Assembly: GCA_964247055.1 (NCBI GenBank)
Contig: OZ176054.1
Span: 8,370,001 to 8,434,000 of the forward strand
DNA length: 64,000 bases
Reading direction: 5' to 3'
Source of the DNA: Paragordius varius
Lineage: Eukaryota > Animalia > Nematomorpha
The position numbers and the translations under genes are program-made. This document shows, piece after piece, positions 37,879 through 49,898 of this stretch. The number at the start of each line of letters is the position of its first letter. Within the stretch, counting starts at the first letter, position 1. The notes under the pieces were generated by a model. The model was given only the letters and a program-made list of their open reading frames with translations, was not told the origin of the DNA and did not search any database.

Positions 37879-40800
37879 TTTTTACGAAATTTTTTAAATA
37901 AAAATATTGCATTAAGTAATTTCATTGCCTAACTCTCTTAAATTTCAAACTAAAAATAAATAAAAGTTTTTTTAAACAGATACCTAACCTATATATTATA
38001 AAAAACTAACGTTATAATACGGCCATAATAATATTTGCCAATTAACATAAAGGGTAAGTAGTTTCCATATTTACCCACGTTTCTAGTATATTTATTTGTC
38101 ATATTTATAGATGGTTTAATGAAATTAAGACTATTATTTTTACTTTTTTTTGGCGGAGATATATAAATACTCCGCAATATTCTTAATCACAAAAGTATTA
38201 ACATTTCCTTTATTAATACGTTTTGTATAGCATGAGTAAATGGCAGCGAGACATATTATTCTTTTTTTCCAAAACTTATTATCATCATTCATTTGTATGG
38301 GGATTTGCCTTTGAATGACGGTAAACCTGTTTTTTCCAGTCTTTTCTTGATCTGGCTAATTATAGATTTAAATTAAGCGATTCTAGGTCTCTTGTTATTA
38401 GTTAATTTTATATCGCTCGTCTTTAAACTCAGCGGCACAAACAACAACATTCTTAAAGTATTGTTCATTTCTTTTTGTGCCTATAGGTAACAAATATAAG
38501 CTACCTTAAACAATGCAAAAAAACCTTTTTTGTCTTAAAATCCCTTTTCCAAAAACATATGGGAACTTAACTACCTCATGAACTATGTAACAATCTCTTA
38601 AATAACCCAACGGGTTCTTGCTAATATTCTAGGAGCCCACATTATATATTTTTAAACAACCCTAACACAAATTTTGCAATTTTGGTTAAAATTATATGTT
38701 CATTCTCTTTTTTCATATTAGTTCATTATAATTTAACTTACTTTTACGCTATATGTGGATTTAATTTGTAATAATAAATTAAATATTATATGATCTTTTA
38801 ATTTGGATATAATGTGAATCAAATTTGATAAAAATTTAATATTTTTAATTATACAAATTTTAGCAATTTATAAAATACAATAATATTTTTTTATTTTTTG
38901 TATAGATATTGGGTTGTGTGAAAACATAATTAAAATGAAAGATGACTTGGTCATTGACTTTCCCGCTCAACTTGACATTGAACAAAGTAATGATTATATA
39001 TATATATATATATATATGAATCATATTTCCGAATATAATATATACTTAATTTGATTACAAAATAATATTTTATTCATAATTATGTTTTTTTGACGGAAAT
39101 GCGCTTTCTTCTATTTTAATAAATTTTAAAAAAATCCTGTTAGCGCTTTTTTAGCGTTTTATCCATTATTATCTATTGTTTACGATATGGCTTTATTAAT
39201 ATAAACATTATCAATTAAAATTAATCATATACCATATTTTAAAGAAGTGAATATCCGAGTTTAGAATATCCTATGTTTAGGTATTGCAGAAACTTAAATG
39301 AGCCTTTTGGAATCGGTTAAATTTAGATTACGCGCTATTTTTTTATTTGTTATATTCCGTTACACGTTAATTTAATGGCAACGGTCAGTTGTTAAAAATA
39401 TAAAAAATTTAAGTATATTTGATTAACAATATTATTATTATTATTCTTATAATTTAAAACTCAGAGAATCTTTCCACATTTAATAACATCAGTGTGCGAG
39501 CTAATAAAAATAATAAAACAATTTACTAACAATAAAACATAATTTATAAGGTATTTTACGGCAAGGGGATTTGAAAACGATAGTGACAGCACTTCAAGAA
39601 CTCATGTATAAGGAGGTATTTGTTTTATGCAAAAATTCTTAAATATTATTTTTGTTGCGTAAATTTCGTTTTTTTAATTATATAATATTTTAAATTATAG
39701 TGTCCACCATACACAATTTTGGCATTGCTATGCCTGATTTGTCAAATCTATGGGGTAGATGCAAAAACATTGGACAGCTTAATTCAAGATTTTTACCACG
39801 TAAATAAAAATTTTATTCTGCAATTGGTTGTTAAAATCATTTTATTATGTATACAATATAAAAAATTTGAGTTGATACTTATTACTTGTTGTGTATGCAA
39901 TCATTATAAAAGTAATTATATTGATTGATATATATCTAATTTGTGTAAAATATTTAACAAATATCATTTATAATTTCAAACATATTAGAGAAGAAAAAGT
40001 ATTACAGAACAAAATTTTATATTTTACAGATTTTTAACTTAATAAATAACGGTTAGATGCATGGATTTGAGTATATTCCCGTTGTTGAAGAACTTAAATC
40101 TATCAACTTAATACAACACCGGAAATTGACAACAGGAGGGTCTAATTTAAGCAATTTTTTGCACGAATCGCCCTTAAGTAATTTGACAGGCGTTACACAC
40201 ACAACAAACCAATGGTATACAACTGTTACCAAAAAAATGTTTGAAATGGTATGTATTTTATTAATTAAAGCGACTTCTAATTGGTCAGATTTTAATTTTT
40301 TTATGGATATTATGCTTTTTTCTAGGAAGTCCCAAGTGAAACTGTTGATTTCCGAAAACCTAATGATATAACATATGTCTACAATGGCGTTTACATTCCG
40401 ATTTCGATTGGATTAATTAAACAGGTATTTGAATTTCTTATAAAGTAACTTAATTGTGTAAACTTTTTTGATTACAGTATGCACATGTTGACCAATTGTT
40501 AATACAGTAGATAGTATAAAATAATTTTTTTTGTCCGTAATTAAATAAATGACCAACAAAGTCCTATAGCCATCTCCCTGTGGTGTTTCCTAGGCCAGTT
40601 TATAATGATTTGTAAAATCATTATTTGCACCTCTTTTACGTAAAAAATCGCCTTAGAATATCACGAAGTATAAATATACTGAATATGAATTACTTCGTAG
40701 CACGAAAACTCCAAATTCGGAGTCCTTCCCTTTATAATATAAATTAAATAAACAAAGATAGAAAAAAATGGTCAATTTCAACCATTTGTTGTTTTTTTAC

Positions 40801-43455
40801 TCATATACTATATTGCCAATTGGTCATTAATGTGAATTGGCCAACATAAATGTGCATACTGTGTAAATCCTTAAAAATCTCTGGTTTATAGCGGGTTTTA
40901 TATAATTAAGATCACTTATAAATATAATATAATGGGTTTAATTAATAAAATATTTTTCATTGATTTTATTAAATTTTTGATGCATATATTATATTGCTGT
41001 CAGTCATAATTAACTGGATGTTTACTAATACTTTATAATATGAAATACTTCTAATGGTAAAAATTCAAATTTTTAAGACAAAATATATTCAATGATTAAT
41101 GATTTTTCCGATATTTGATTTTTCTAGATAATTTAAGACTACAACCGTGAAATATATATAGTGTGGTATATCTCTATTCCTTATTTTGCAACCCAAAACA
41201 ATAGTTTATAATAAATAATAAGCAGTTTTAAACCGTCAAACATTGATATAAACGAAAATCAAACTGTTTATGAAAATTAAATTTTACAATGAAAATTCTA
41301 AATGATATGTAAAACCTTTTGTGCTTAGCACTCAACATAACGACATAACTATTACATTTACAATTCAAATTCACCTTTAAACAATACAAATTCAAATTTA
41401 CTGTTAAACAATTCAAATTCACCCTCATATATGTTTTTTAAGATTAAAAAATACCTAAATTTTAAAAAATAAAATTTTGTTTTAAATTAAAATGATACTG
41501 AAAAAATATTAAACTATGCCATAAAGATATATTTTATATTAATAATGAGTTATATTAGTTCGAAAACACATAATTTATTTTTAGGGTGAATTGGTATATT
41601 TGACTTTATATTATAGAGTTGTTTGAATAGTATCTGAAAAAACAATGTATTAGAATTTTATAAAATTAATATTTTTTAATACCAAAGTGATCATTAAATT
41701 TCATTGATAATTTTTTCCAAAATGGTTCTTATGATTTATTTACCATATTTATAGTTTATTACTAATCAATACTTGAATTTTGATGAATTGCTTAAAGTTT
41801 TACCCGAAAACACCTTTCATTCACACCAAAATTCCAAGATTAAAACAGGTTTGAATATACAAATGTAAATTATTTTACAAAATATCGTTTATTCTTATTA
41901 TAGTTAATATTTAACCCTTAAATATTAAGAAATTTTTGACTAATATGAAATTATACATTAGTAAACATTTAATATGATGATAAAATTTGGCTATACAATA
42001 TCGTATGGTGTTACCTTCCAATGATTAACAGTATGACCGGTTAAAATTTTTTGCAAAAATATTTACTCCGTAAATTTTTTTTACAAAATGTAAAAAATAG
42101 CCTTAATTTTTACATTACAATATAATACATAATTTATACAAAAAATTATAAATCAATCCTACAATCCAAAATTGCATTAATATACAAAAACGATATTTTT
42201 TGTATCCATTAATCTACATTAGATCACTCCTTATAATGAGTTATCCTTATAAGGAGTGTCTAATAACTAATTTTATGCTGATATCATACATTTTTCCAAT
42301 TCAACAACGTCTTAATAACATAAAGCCGTTAATCATTCAAAATGAGATTTTTTACATTATTAAATGAAATTTGGTTTAATTCATTTTTATAAAAAAAATT
42401 TAAATAATGATGCGTATAATGAGCCATATTTTTTCCCTTATTCGGGATTATGGATATCTACTGGCTGTTAAATTAGACTTTGAAAAATGACCCATTATCC
42501 AAATACAATTTCTCAAATTATTGCAAATGTGGGCGTGATATAAAAGGATATGTATTTAGCTATTTCCGAGAAATATTTATAAAACACTCACTATTGAGTA
42601 CTTTGATCAGAAGAATAATAATAACATGATACATATACCATTTACAATTCAATTTGACCCTTAAACAATTCAAATTCACCCTCGAACAATTCAAATTCAC
42701 CCTCAAATAAAATATATGTTTTTTAAGATTAAAAATTAACTATATATTATATATTTTTCAAAAATAAAAATTTTTCTTTAAATTAAAATAATACTGAAAA
42801 AATAATAAACTATACCTAAACATATGTTTCTATTAATAATGAGTTATATTAGTTCGAAAACTCATATTATTTTAAGGGTGGATTTGAATTGTTCAAGGTG
42901 GATTTGAATTGTTTGAGGGTGAATTTGAATTGTTCAAGGGTGAATTTGAATTGTTCAAGGGTGAATTTGAATTGTTCAAGGGTGAATTTGAACTGTAAAT
43001 GGTATATATTATGGGGTCGATAGGATAAAACAATATTTATTTCCTTGTCTGAACCAATAAATTCCACTAAAATTTTTACTTATTTTAATGAAAATTATTA
43101 TTTTACAAAAAATATTTCACGGCATTATAAAGTCTTATTTAAAAATATAGATTTAGATGTATGCTAAATAGTATTTATTTTCGCAAAAGTCGTCGAAATT
43201 GACCATAAGCAACACAAACTCCTACAAAATATAACATTTAGTATTTTATTTTTGCATGATTTATTTAGAATCTAATGATACACATATGATTTTATTTTAC
43301 GGTGGATGCACTTATGGAGAAATTGCTACCACACGGTTCCTAGCCAAAAAATTAAGTATAAAATTTTAACCATAATTATTTTAGACAAAACCATTTATAT
43401 TGTAACAACTAGCATATTCAATGGACCATGCTATGTAAAAAATCAAACTAATTAA
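34584..43455 (+). CDS. VPS33B: Sec1/Munc18-family vacuolar sorting protein VPS33 (closer to VPS33B); 5' exons not resolved
   Basis: Hand-assembled GT-AG exons that stay in frame: 34584-34832, 34923-35037, 35392-35546, 35677-35727, 35832-35918, 36009-36096, 38906-38986, 39551-39615, 39701-39799, 40057-40248, 40326-40424, 41755-41848, 43269-43355, 43385-43455. Motifs LQPIDRDLF, IIFDREMDKITP, PNDITYVYNGVYIPIS, FYGGCTYGEI, IVTTSIFNG. N-terminal exons probably lie in 33900-34530. Confidence 0.8.
36167..36196. repeat. (AT)n microsatellite
   Basis: Direct reading. Confidence 0.95.
36893..37588 (-). mobile_element. 5'-truncated RTE-like LINE remnant inside a VPS33 intron
   Basis: One frame with a single stop at 37364-37366: FKYLGDEI...SQLYSTIIRPALTYGTECWPMTK...RLRGAGHIHR...GRPFKSW...NRNNWK. 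These motifs are typical of the post-RT C-terminus of RTE/BovB-like elements. Confidence 0.8.
37838..37875. repeat. (TA)n microsatellite
   Basis: Direct reading. Confidence 0.95.
40475..40861. mobile_element. Tc1/mariner(pogo)-type MITE in a VPS33 intron
   Basis: TA|CAGTATGCACAT ... ATGTGCATACTG|TG, with inner inverted GTTGACCAATT/AATTGGCCAAC. Confidence 0.6.
41353..41597. mobile_element. Internally deleted copy of the 21-bp-repeat foldback MITE
   Basis: Left arm TACATTTACAATTCAAATTCACC plus repeats; right arm reduced to AGGGTGAATTGGTATA; central spacer similar to 42636-43004. Confidence 0.6.
42636..43004. mobile_element. TA-flanked foldback MITE with TIRs built of 21-bp tandem repeats
   Basis: TA|TACCATTTACA ... 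TGTAAATGGTA|TA. Arms are arrays of AACAATTCAAATTCACCCTTG and its reverse complement (about 3 units left, about 6 right). Confidence 0.8.
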
Positions 43456-43514
43456 TATATTCCTGTATATAAAAATTATATTTATATTGTAGTCAAATAA
43501 ATATATAATATTTA

Positions 43515-44666
43515 TTAAATAATGCCAACTGAGCGATATGATTTGTCGATACTGTGATTTCGTTTTATCTGTAAACGTATTTTGGCTGCTTTTTCTTGCC
43601 TAAATAAAAAATGTAAATATATTATAATATTAGAAATAAAAAAATCCCAGCACGTCGAGCAACTATAAGTCGCAAAAAATTTTTTTTGAAAAATAATAAT
43701 ATTTAATGTAAAACTCATATGTGAATTGTTTAGTTTTTTCCAATTATAAACCTATAATTTAGCCTTTTAAAAAAATATTTGTATTATTTTTTCCCTTATA
43801 TATTTATGTTATATATCAAAATAATCAAGAGTATTCAAAAATGAAACGAAAATCTAAACCATAAAATTAAACCATTTCTCCGCAAACCGAGGAAAAAAAT
43901 ATTTTCACGAAACCAAAAATGATTTTATAATCACCAATAAATAGCAACCTTGATTTTATGAGTTCATCCTTTTCCATCTGCTGTTCTAAATCGATTTCAG
44001 GATCCTCTAAACTCCATATTATATTTCGAATTTTAGTAATACATTCGGCTTGATTTAATGCCTGATATCTTGTGCTGTCCGAAGTAACTTGTAAAGACCC
44101 ATCATGAGTAATTTTGTGGGCAAACTAAAATCATTATATAATTTTTTTAAGAAAAATTTAAGTTATAAAGACAAAACGTAAAAACTAAAACAAAGATATT
44201 TATTTAAATACACCCATATTTTTTAATGATTATGCATCCTTATAACCTAATTAAATAAAATTGAGATTGTTACCAACTTACATTTTATTTCTATTTTAGT
44301 AACCAAAAGGATAGGCTATATTTTAAAAAGCATGGTAAGGTTTACAAAAATATCTGAATGTTAATTTAGTTTTAAAATAATTTTAAACACAAATTTTTAG
44401 TCTAATATGGAGTCTACTTTGGTTAATAATTTTTGTTTGTATTCTGATGGAATCCAATCGGCATTTTGTACATTAAATCGTATTTGAACTTTAGTTTTTC
44501 CTAAAATAAATATAAGACCAACTGGCATTAACATTGGATCCGCCGGGCGCACTACTGTTCATATAATTAATATTAAGTTGATCTGAATGTTAAAAAAATA
44601 AAAACTTATCGGAATATATCCATTAAACTTTTGATTAAATGAAGCGTAAAACCGCCGTAAAAGCAT
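43515..44666 (-). CDS. MRPL58: Mitochondrial ribosomal protein mL62 / ICT1 (peptidyl-tRNA hydrolase family) with GGS in place of GGQ
   Basis: Exons 44666-44605, 44582-44523, 44500-44418, 44124-43949, 43599-43515 give MLLRRFYAS...FNGYIPI-NQLNINYMNSSAPGGSNVNARKTKVQIRF...DWIP...KITHDGSLQVTSDSTRYQALNQAECITKIR...RLQIKRNHSIDKSYR. Exon 1 as assembled has one extra base in an A5 run. Confidence 0.8.
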
Positions 44667-44700
44667 GTTGATCAAATTGTTTTCTGAATGAACACCACAA

Positions 44701-47700
44701 ATGGTAAATGTTTTTTAAAGTTTTAGATCCGAAGAAATATTAGGCTTAGAAGAGAATATCTTTACAAGAAATCGATAGAATCCAAAGTAAATGCGATCAA
44801 AGACAAAAAAGATAGATTAAAACGATGTCTTGAAAATAATCATCCACTTGATACTGATTTAAAATCTGAAGCTCTTAATTTAGAAAAATCCATTGAATGG
44901 GAAAACGAAAATAGTCAAGGTAAAAGAGTTAATTAATATATAAGCAAATGATATTGATGATGAATATAGGTTTGCTGGGCTTGAAGCACCAAAAATTATG
45001 ATTACAACATCGCGTAACCCTAGTTCCAAGTTGAAACAATTTACTAAAGTTAACTCAACAGTAATTTTAGGAATTAAAACTTTTATTTCCAAATTCTCAA
45101 CGAATGAACCGTGGACATTACGAAATTAAAATGTTGTTAGAATCATGTAAAGAAAACAAAGTCACTGATTTTATTATAGTGCACGAGCATCGTGGGCAAC
45201 CGGGTAAATCGAATCTATACTAAAACCTTTTTGAATAATGTAGATAATTTTAAAGAGTTTGTTTTCTAAAATATACATTACCTCAATATTTATAATTTTT
45301 TTGTGATAATTTAAACAAATACAGTGTGAGTAAATATAGAATGCTATTCATCAAATATTGCCAGTTATCAAATATAGCGAAGAGATTAATTATTGGTTCT
45401 TAGTATTGAAAAACGAAAAAAATAATTACAAACAATCACTCCTTTGCTGTATATGCTATCTGGCAATGATTAATGAAAAAATAGCAATGTATATACTCAT
45501 ATACTCTATATTACTTTCAACATAAATTGATAGGAAACTTAAAGTATAAAATGTCTATTCTTCTTTTATGTTTGTTAATGCTAAAAATATCTTACCGTCC
45601 TCACAAGTTAATTGCCGGTGTCTTTTGTGAACTTTATAAGTATTCTTTTGCCTCCGACTTTGCTAAATATAAAACCATTTTAATATTACGCGAATCACTT
45701 ATACAATGTTAGGAATAACTTGGAGTGGTAGAAAAAATTTATTTATTACGCTGGTTTGACCAAGAAATAATTAAATAAATAATAAATGACCATTTATTTA
45801 CTCCAAAAATTATGACCTTTTAAAGTTATAATTTTACACGTTTCGTATAAAGAGAAAATATTAAAAATGTTATTTAACATAATTTAATGGTGTATTAAAT
45901 GTGATTTTTAACATAATAATTAATAACACAAATTTTTCTTGTGAAAATTCTTAAATTTTACGATTAATAAAAAGTTTGGTTAGTACCTATGTATAAAAAG
46001 TTTTGAAATAAATTAATATGAAAGTTTTTAAATACTACAAAAAAGTCATTTATTATATTTTGATGTAAAACTGTTTTGATTGATTAATTTTCGGGAAAAC
46101 CATTGTTTTGAAAATAACCAAAAAACGGGCTTCTTAAACTGTTCTGAAACCGTCTTTGAAAACAGAATTTTATTGTTGAAGTTTATATGTTTCTATTTTC
46201 CTGGTAATTATTTAGAGTGTTTCTAAATAAGGCTTGTGTAAATATGAATAATAGAACTGGTTATTTTTTAAAATATTTTCTAAAACCGATGTTTTGTTTA
46301 AAATATGCGGAACTAATACCCAAAAAATGATTTGCAGGCCTATTCCTGACATATATTACCACTGAACCTAATTTAATGACATTTTATAATAGATTGGCAC
46401 AAACACTATATTGTTAAATTCAAATCAGAATATATAATAAATGGTAAGAAGTTAACAAATAATTTGGCTTTAGCTAATTAAACATATATTTTTAGCGGAA
46501 TTTGGAGGTTTAGAACCGGTGTATTAAACATAAATGGTCTCGAGGGCCGCATTTTAGACTCAAATTTGACAAGCTGCATTCGAAAAATATATGGTCATCT
46601 AGAAAAATTTATTAGATAAAATAAAGCTTGCAAAAAATTACGAACATTATAACTGCTATTTATTTGAACACTCCTTCTCTGCCAAATTTTATTTGAGAAA
46701 TATAATTTTTACCAAGATTTTGTCATTTTTTTAATGATAAATTTTTGTATTTGGTATTTTTTAAAAGTTTTCACTGGCTGCTGAAATACTATTGATAACC
46801 ACATGCGGCCGGTGGACGCTATTGGTTTAGATTTTAGAATATAGCAAATGTTACGTTTTTCTGAAATTTACAAAATACTTAAACGCAAATATAATAAAAC
46901 TTTGTAAATGTTAATATAACTTTCTTGTTTGGTGACACATATAGTTAACTTACAAGTTTGTCATTTACCATTTGGACCAACGGCTTTTTTTACGTTGACC
47001 AATGTGGTTACACGCCATGATATACCCCACGATGAGATTGGTGCCATGTCTCAAGCTTATCCGAATCTAATTTTTCACAATTTCACAACGAATTTGGGAA
47101 AACGTGTCACTAAAATATTGCAACACCTATTCCCTGTCCCCAATAGGGATGATAGCAAACGTATAATTACGTTTTACAACCAAAGCGATATTATATCGTT
47201 TAGGTAAAATCATATATGATATATATATATTTATATATACATCTGCTAATTTAGAGTTTTTGTAAATAGGTTTATTATGGTTTTTTTATATACATAGAAA
47301 ATAAAATTAGTTTATTTTACAGTCGCATTATAATAATTTTTATGGGATAAGATTGAAAGAATGATGTTTCTTCACAAATATTTTGTGGTGGTTTCTAACT
47401 CATTATTAAAATTTTCTTATTGAAATTTTTAATTTATGTGCCAAATTTTTGTGTCCATAAAATTAAGTATATTATAAATTTATCATTAAAATTTTTATTT
47501 TGTATACAGACATCACATGTATAAAATGGAAGAGGGACATATCAAACTTACGGAAATCGGGCCAAGATTCGAAATGAAACGTATATTTTTAGATATTTTT
47601 ACATTATTAAACTGAAAAGGTGTTTATAGAAATTTTGTTGTATAATAAATTTATATGTTTCTCAAATAAATAGTATATGAACTAAAGCTGGGAACTCTGG

Positions 47701-47786
47701 ATACATTGGCAATATCCGAATCTGAATGGAGCCTTAAACCTTACATGAATACGGCTAACAAACGTTTTTTCTTAAGCAATGAATAA
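44701..47786 (+). CDS. IMP4: U3 snoRNP protein IMP4 (Brix domain)
   Basis: Exons 44701-44703 (ATG), 44727-44919, 44945-45048, 45071-45203, 46945-47203, 47510-47580, 47674-47786 give [16 protein letters not shown]...DDEYRFAG...ITTSRNPSS...HEHRGQP...HLPFGPTA...EIGPRFEMK...KRFFLSNE*. An alternative ATG|GTAAGG exists at 44332-44334. Confidence 0.9.
46516..46824. mobile_element. hAT-type MITE in an IMP4 intron
   Basis: Degenerate CAGGGGT..CAAC-type ends, GGGCCGCATTTT subterminal motif, and 8-bp TSD GTTTAGAA vs GTTTAGAT. Related to 60319-60649. Confidence 0.6.
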
Positions 47787-48369
47787 TAAATAAATATTGT
47801 ATAAATGCCTTATTCAATCAATTTTACAATTCATTAGCATAATAAATCTTAAATAATAAATAAACTTCTCCAAATATTAAAATAAAACATCTACTATCCA
47901 TAAGTTTTTTGAAAAAGAAAACAACAGTAATAAAATTTATTATCAATTTATACAAAACGATAGGAATAAGATAATCACATATGTATATTTACGATTCCAT
48001 TCATATTTATATATATAGAATGTGTTGTTTACCAAATTGGTTAATGCATCTATATGAGAGGTTTTAATCATATTTGGAAAGAATGTATATCAATCAATAT
48101 TTAATTTCCACATATCTCCCACGTTTATTGTTTACTGTCTATATATACATAAAAATACAAATGGTTTGGATATGATCAGTCAGTTATAAATGCGTTAATT
48201 TTATTGATGACCGTATTAATCGCTTTTATAAAAAATATATGTCAAAATAATTGCTATAAATAGTTTTTTCTCAATTATTATTCATTGCTTTTATAACTAT
48301 TTTTGATTTGTTTTCTTTTTTTTAATCTGATACCATTAAGTATATTGATCAGACACCCGTAATTATTTT

Positions 48370-49865
48370 TTAAACGGTCAAAGACCCACAGCTCTAATTA
48401 TTAATAAACAATATTTTTCATAAATATAAATTATATTACATATGTAATGTATACCTTTTTTGACACGACTTTGGTTAACTTGGTTTTCAGTTTGTTTTTT
48501 GGGATACGTTTTGTAGCAGTCAACTTTTTAACCTTGTATATCCGGGTTAACCAATGTTGCGTAGTGTAAGCCTCCTCCAAATAATGTAAGCTAAAATGTT
48601 TGTTACCAATTTCTGTGTCCCGCGTTCGATCATAACCATAAGGCATACGCGGATCAAACTATACAAATATTAATAGGTTGAAATATTTTTGAAATACTGC
48701 GATATAGACAAGCCCCCTTTTTTAAAAAATAGTAATCGAACTTTTTTGAAATTAATATTTTTTATATAAAATATTTTGTAAATATATTTATTTTAATGTT
48801 TGGTTAGCTCAATACCCATTGGCTTTAAATTTAAAATTATCACTTACATTATACAAATTCGAAAATATTAGTATTATCTAATCAATTTTATTTTAAAAAG
48901 GCTTATTATGAGGAAAACCTACTGTAAAATAATATAGTGTAATATAACATACTTTTAACTTCCCAAAATCGTAATAGGATAATTTGTACATGAGGCAATT
49001 AAGGAGGGTTGGAGAACCTTCATGATCAACGCGAAATTCCCCGTTTTGCGTAAAATAATCTTGTTCCTAAACAATATTTTACAAAAAAATAAAAAAATGG
49101 ATAAAAATATATGATTAATATTACAAATAATAATTTTAATATTTTATAAAAATTACATTATAAAATAAACTTATTCTATATCAGTATTTCCAATTTAAAT
49201 AAAGAATTATTACAAAAACATAGGTTTTCAAACAAATAAATTTAAAATATTTGATCAAATGAAAAAAAAAACATTACTCGTATTTCATTTGGATGTTCCC
49301 CTTCAGCAATTCGTACCATCCATAAAAATTTGTTAATATCATCGCCGGAGAAACCAATAACTCCCCCAAAAATAACCAAGACATAATCAACGCCTAATTC
49401 CTGCATAATTTTATATGCGGCCGTTTCGTTTGAGGACATAGCTTTACCAACCTAGGATTCGCGACAATAAAGATAAAAATGAATAAAAATATTCACCAAA
49501 TATTTTTATCATAGCTTAAATCTATAAGTTTATTGGCTATCATATGATTATGGTTCAAAGTTTTTTTATTTGTTTTGAAAGATACGTGTTTTTACACTTT
49601 CAATTTTATGTTCAATTCAAAGGAAACTATAAGAGCATGGATGAAAAATCAAAAAAACGAACAATAAACATCATTTTTTGAGATAATCTTATAGATTTAT
49701 GATATTACATTTAACCTACATTATTACAATTTATAGAATGAAGTTTGTTAAACATTTCACATTTCATGTTTATTCAAACAATGGGTTCTGTTGAATAACG
49801 AATGACAAAAAAATCTTTTGATATTTATAATCTATCTTTAAGTAATTGCTTAATTGTTTGAAATC

Positions 49866-49898
<33 letters not shown>

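Noticed and set aside
38200-38460. Possible second LINE 3' end (LARSRKDWKK on the minus strand)
   Set aside because: Only a few residues of similarity; insufficient support.
42650-43000. 21-bp regular repeats (also at 50220-50600) superficially like a CRISPR array
   Set aside because: No unique spacers, arranged as inverted arms with a TA TSD, and in a eukaryotic intron: this is a MITE.
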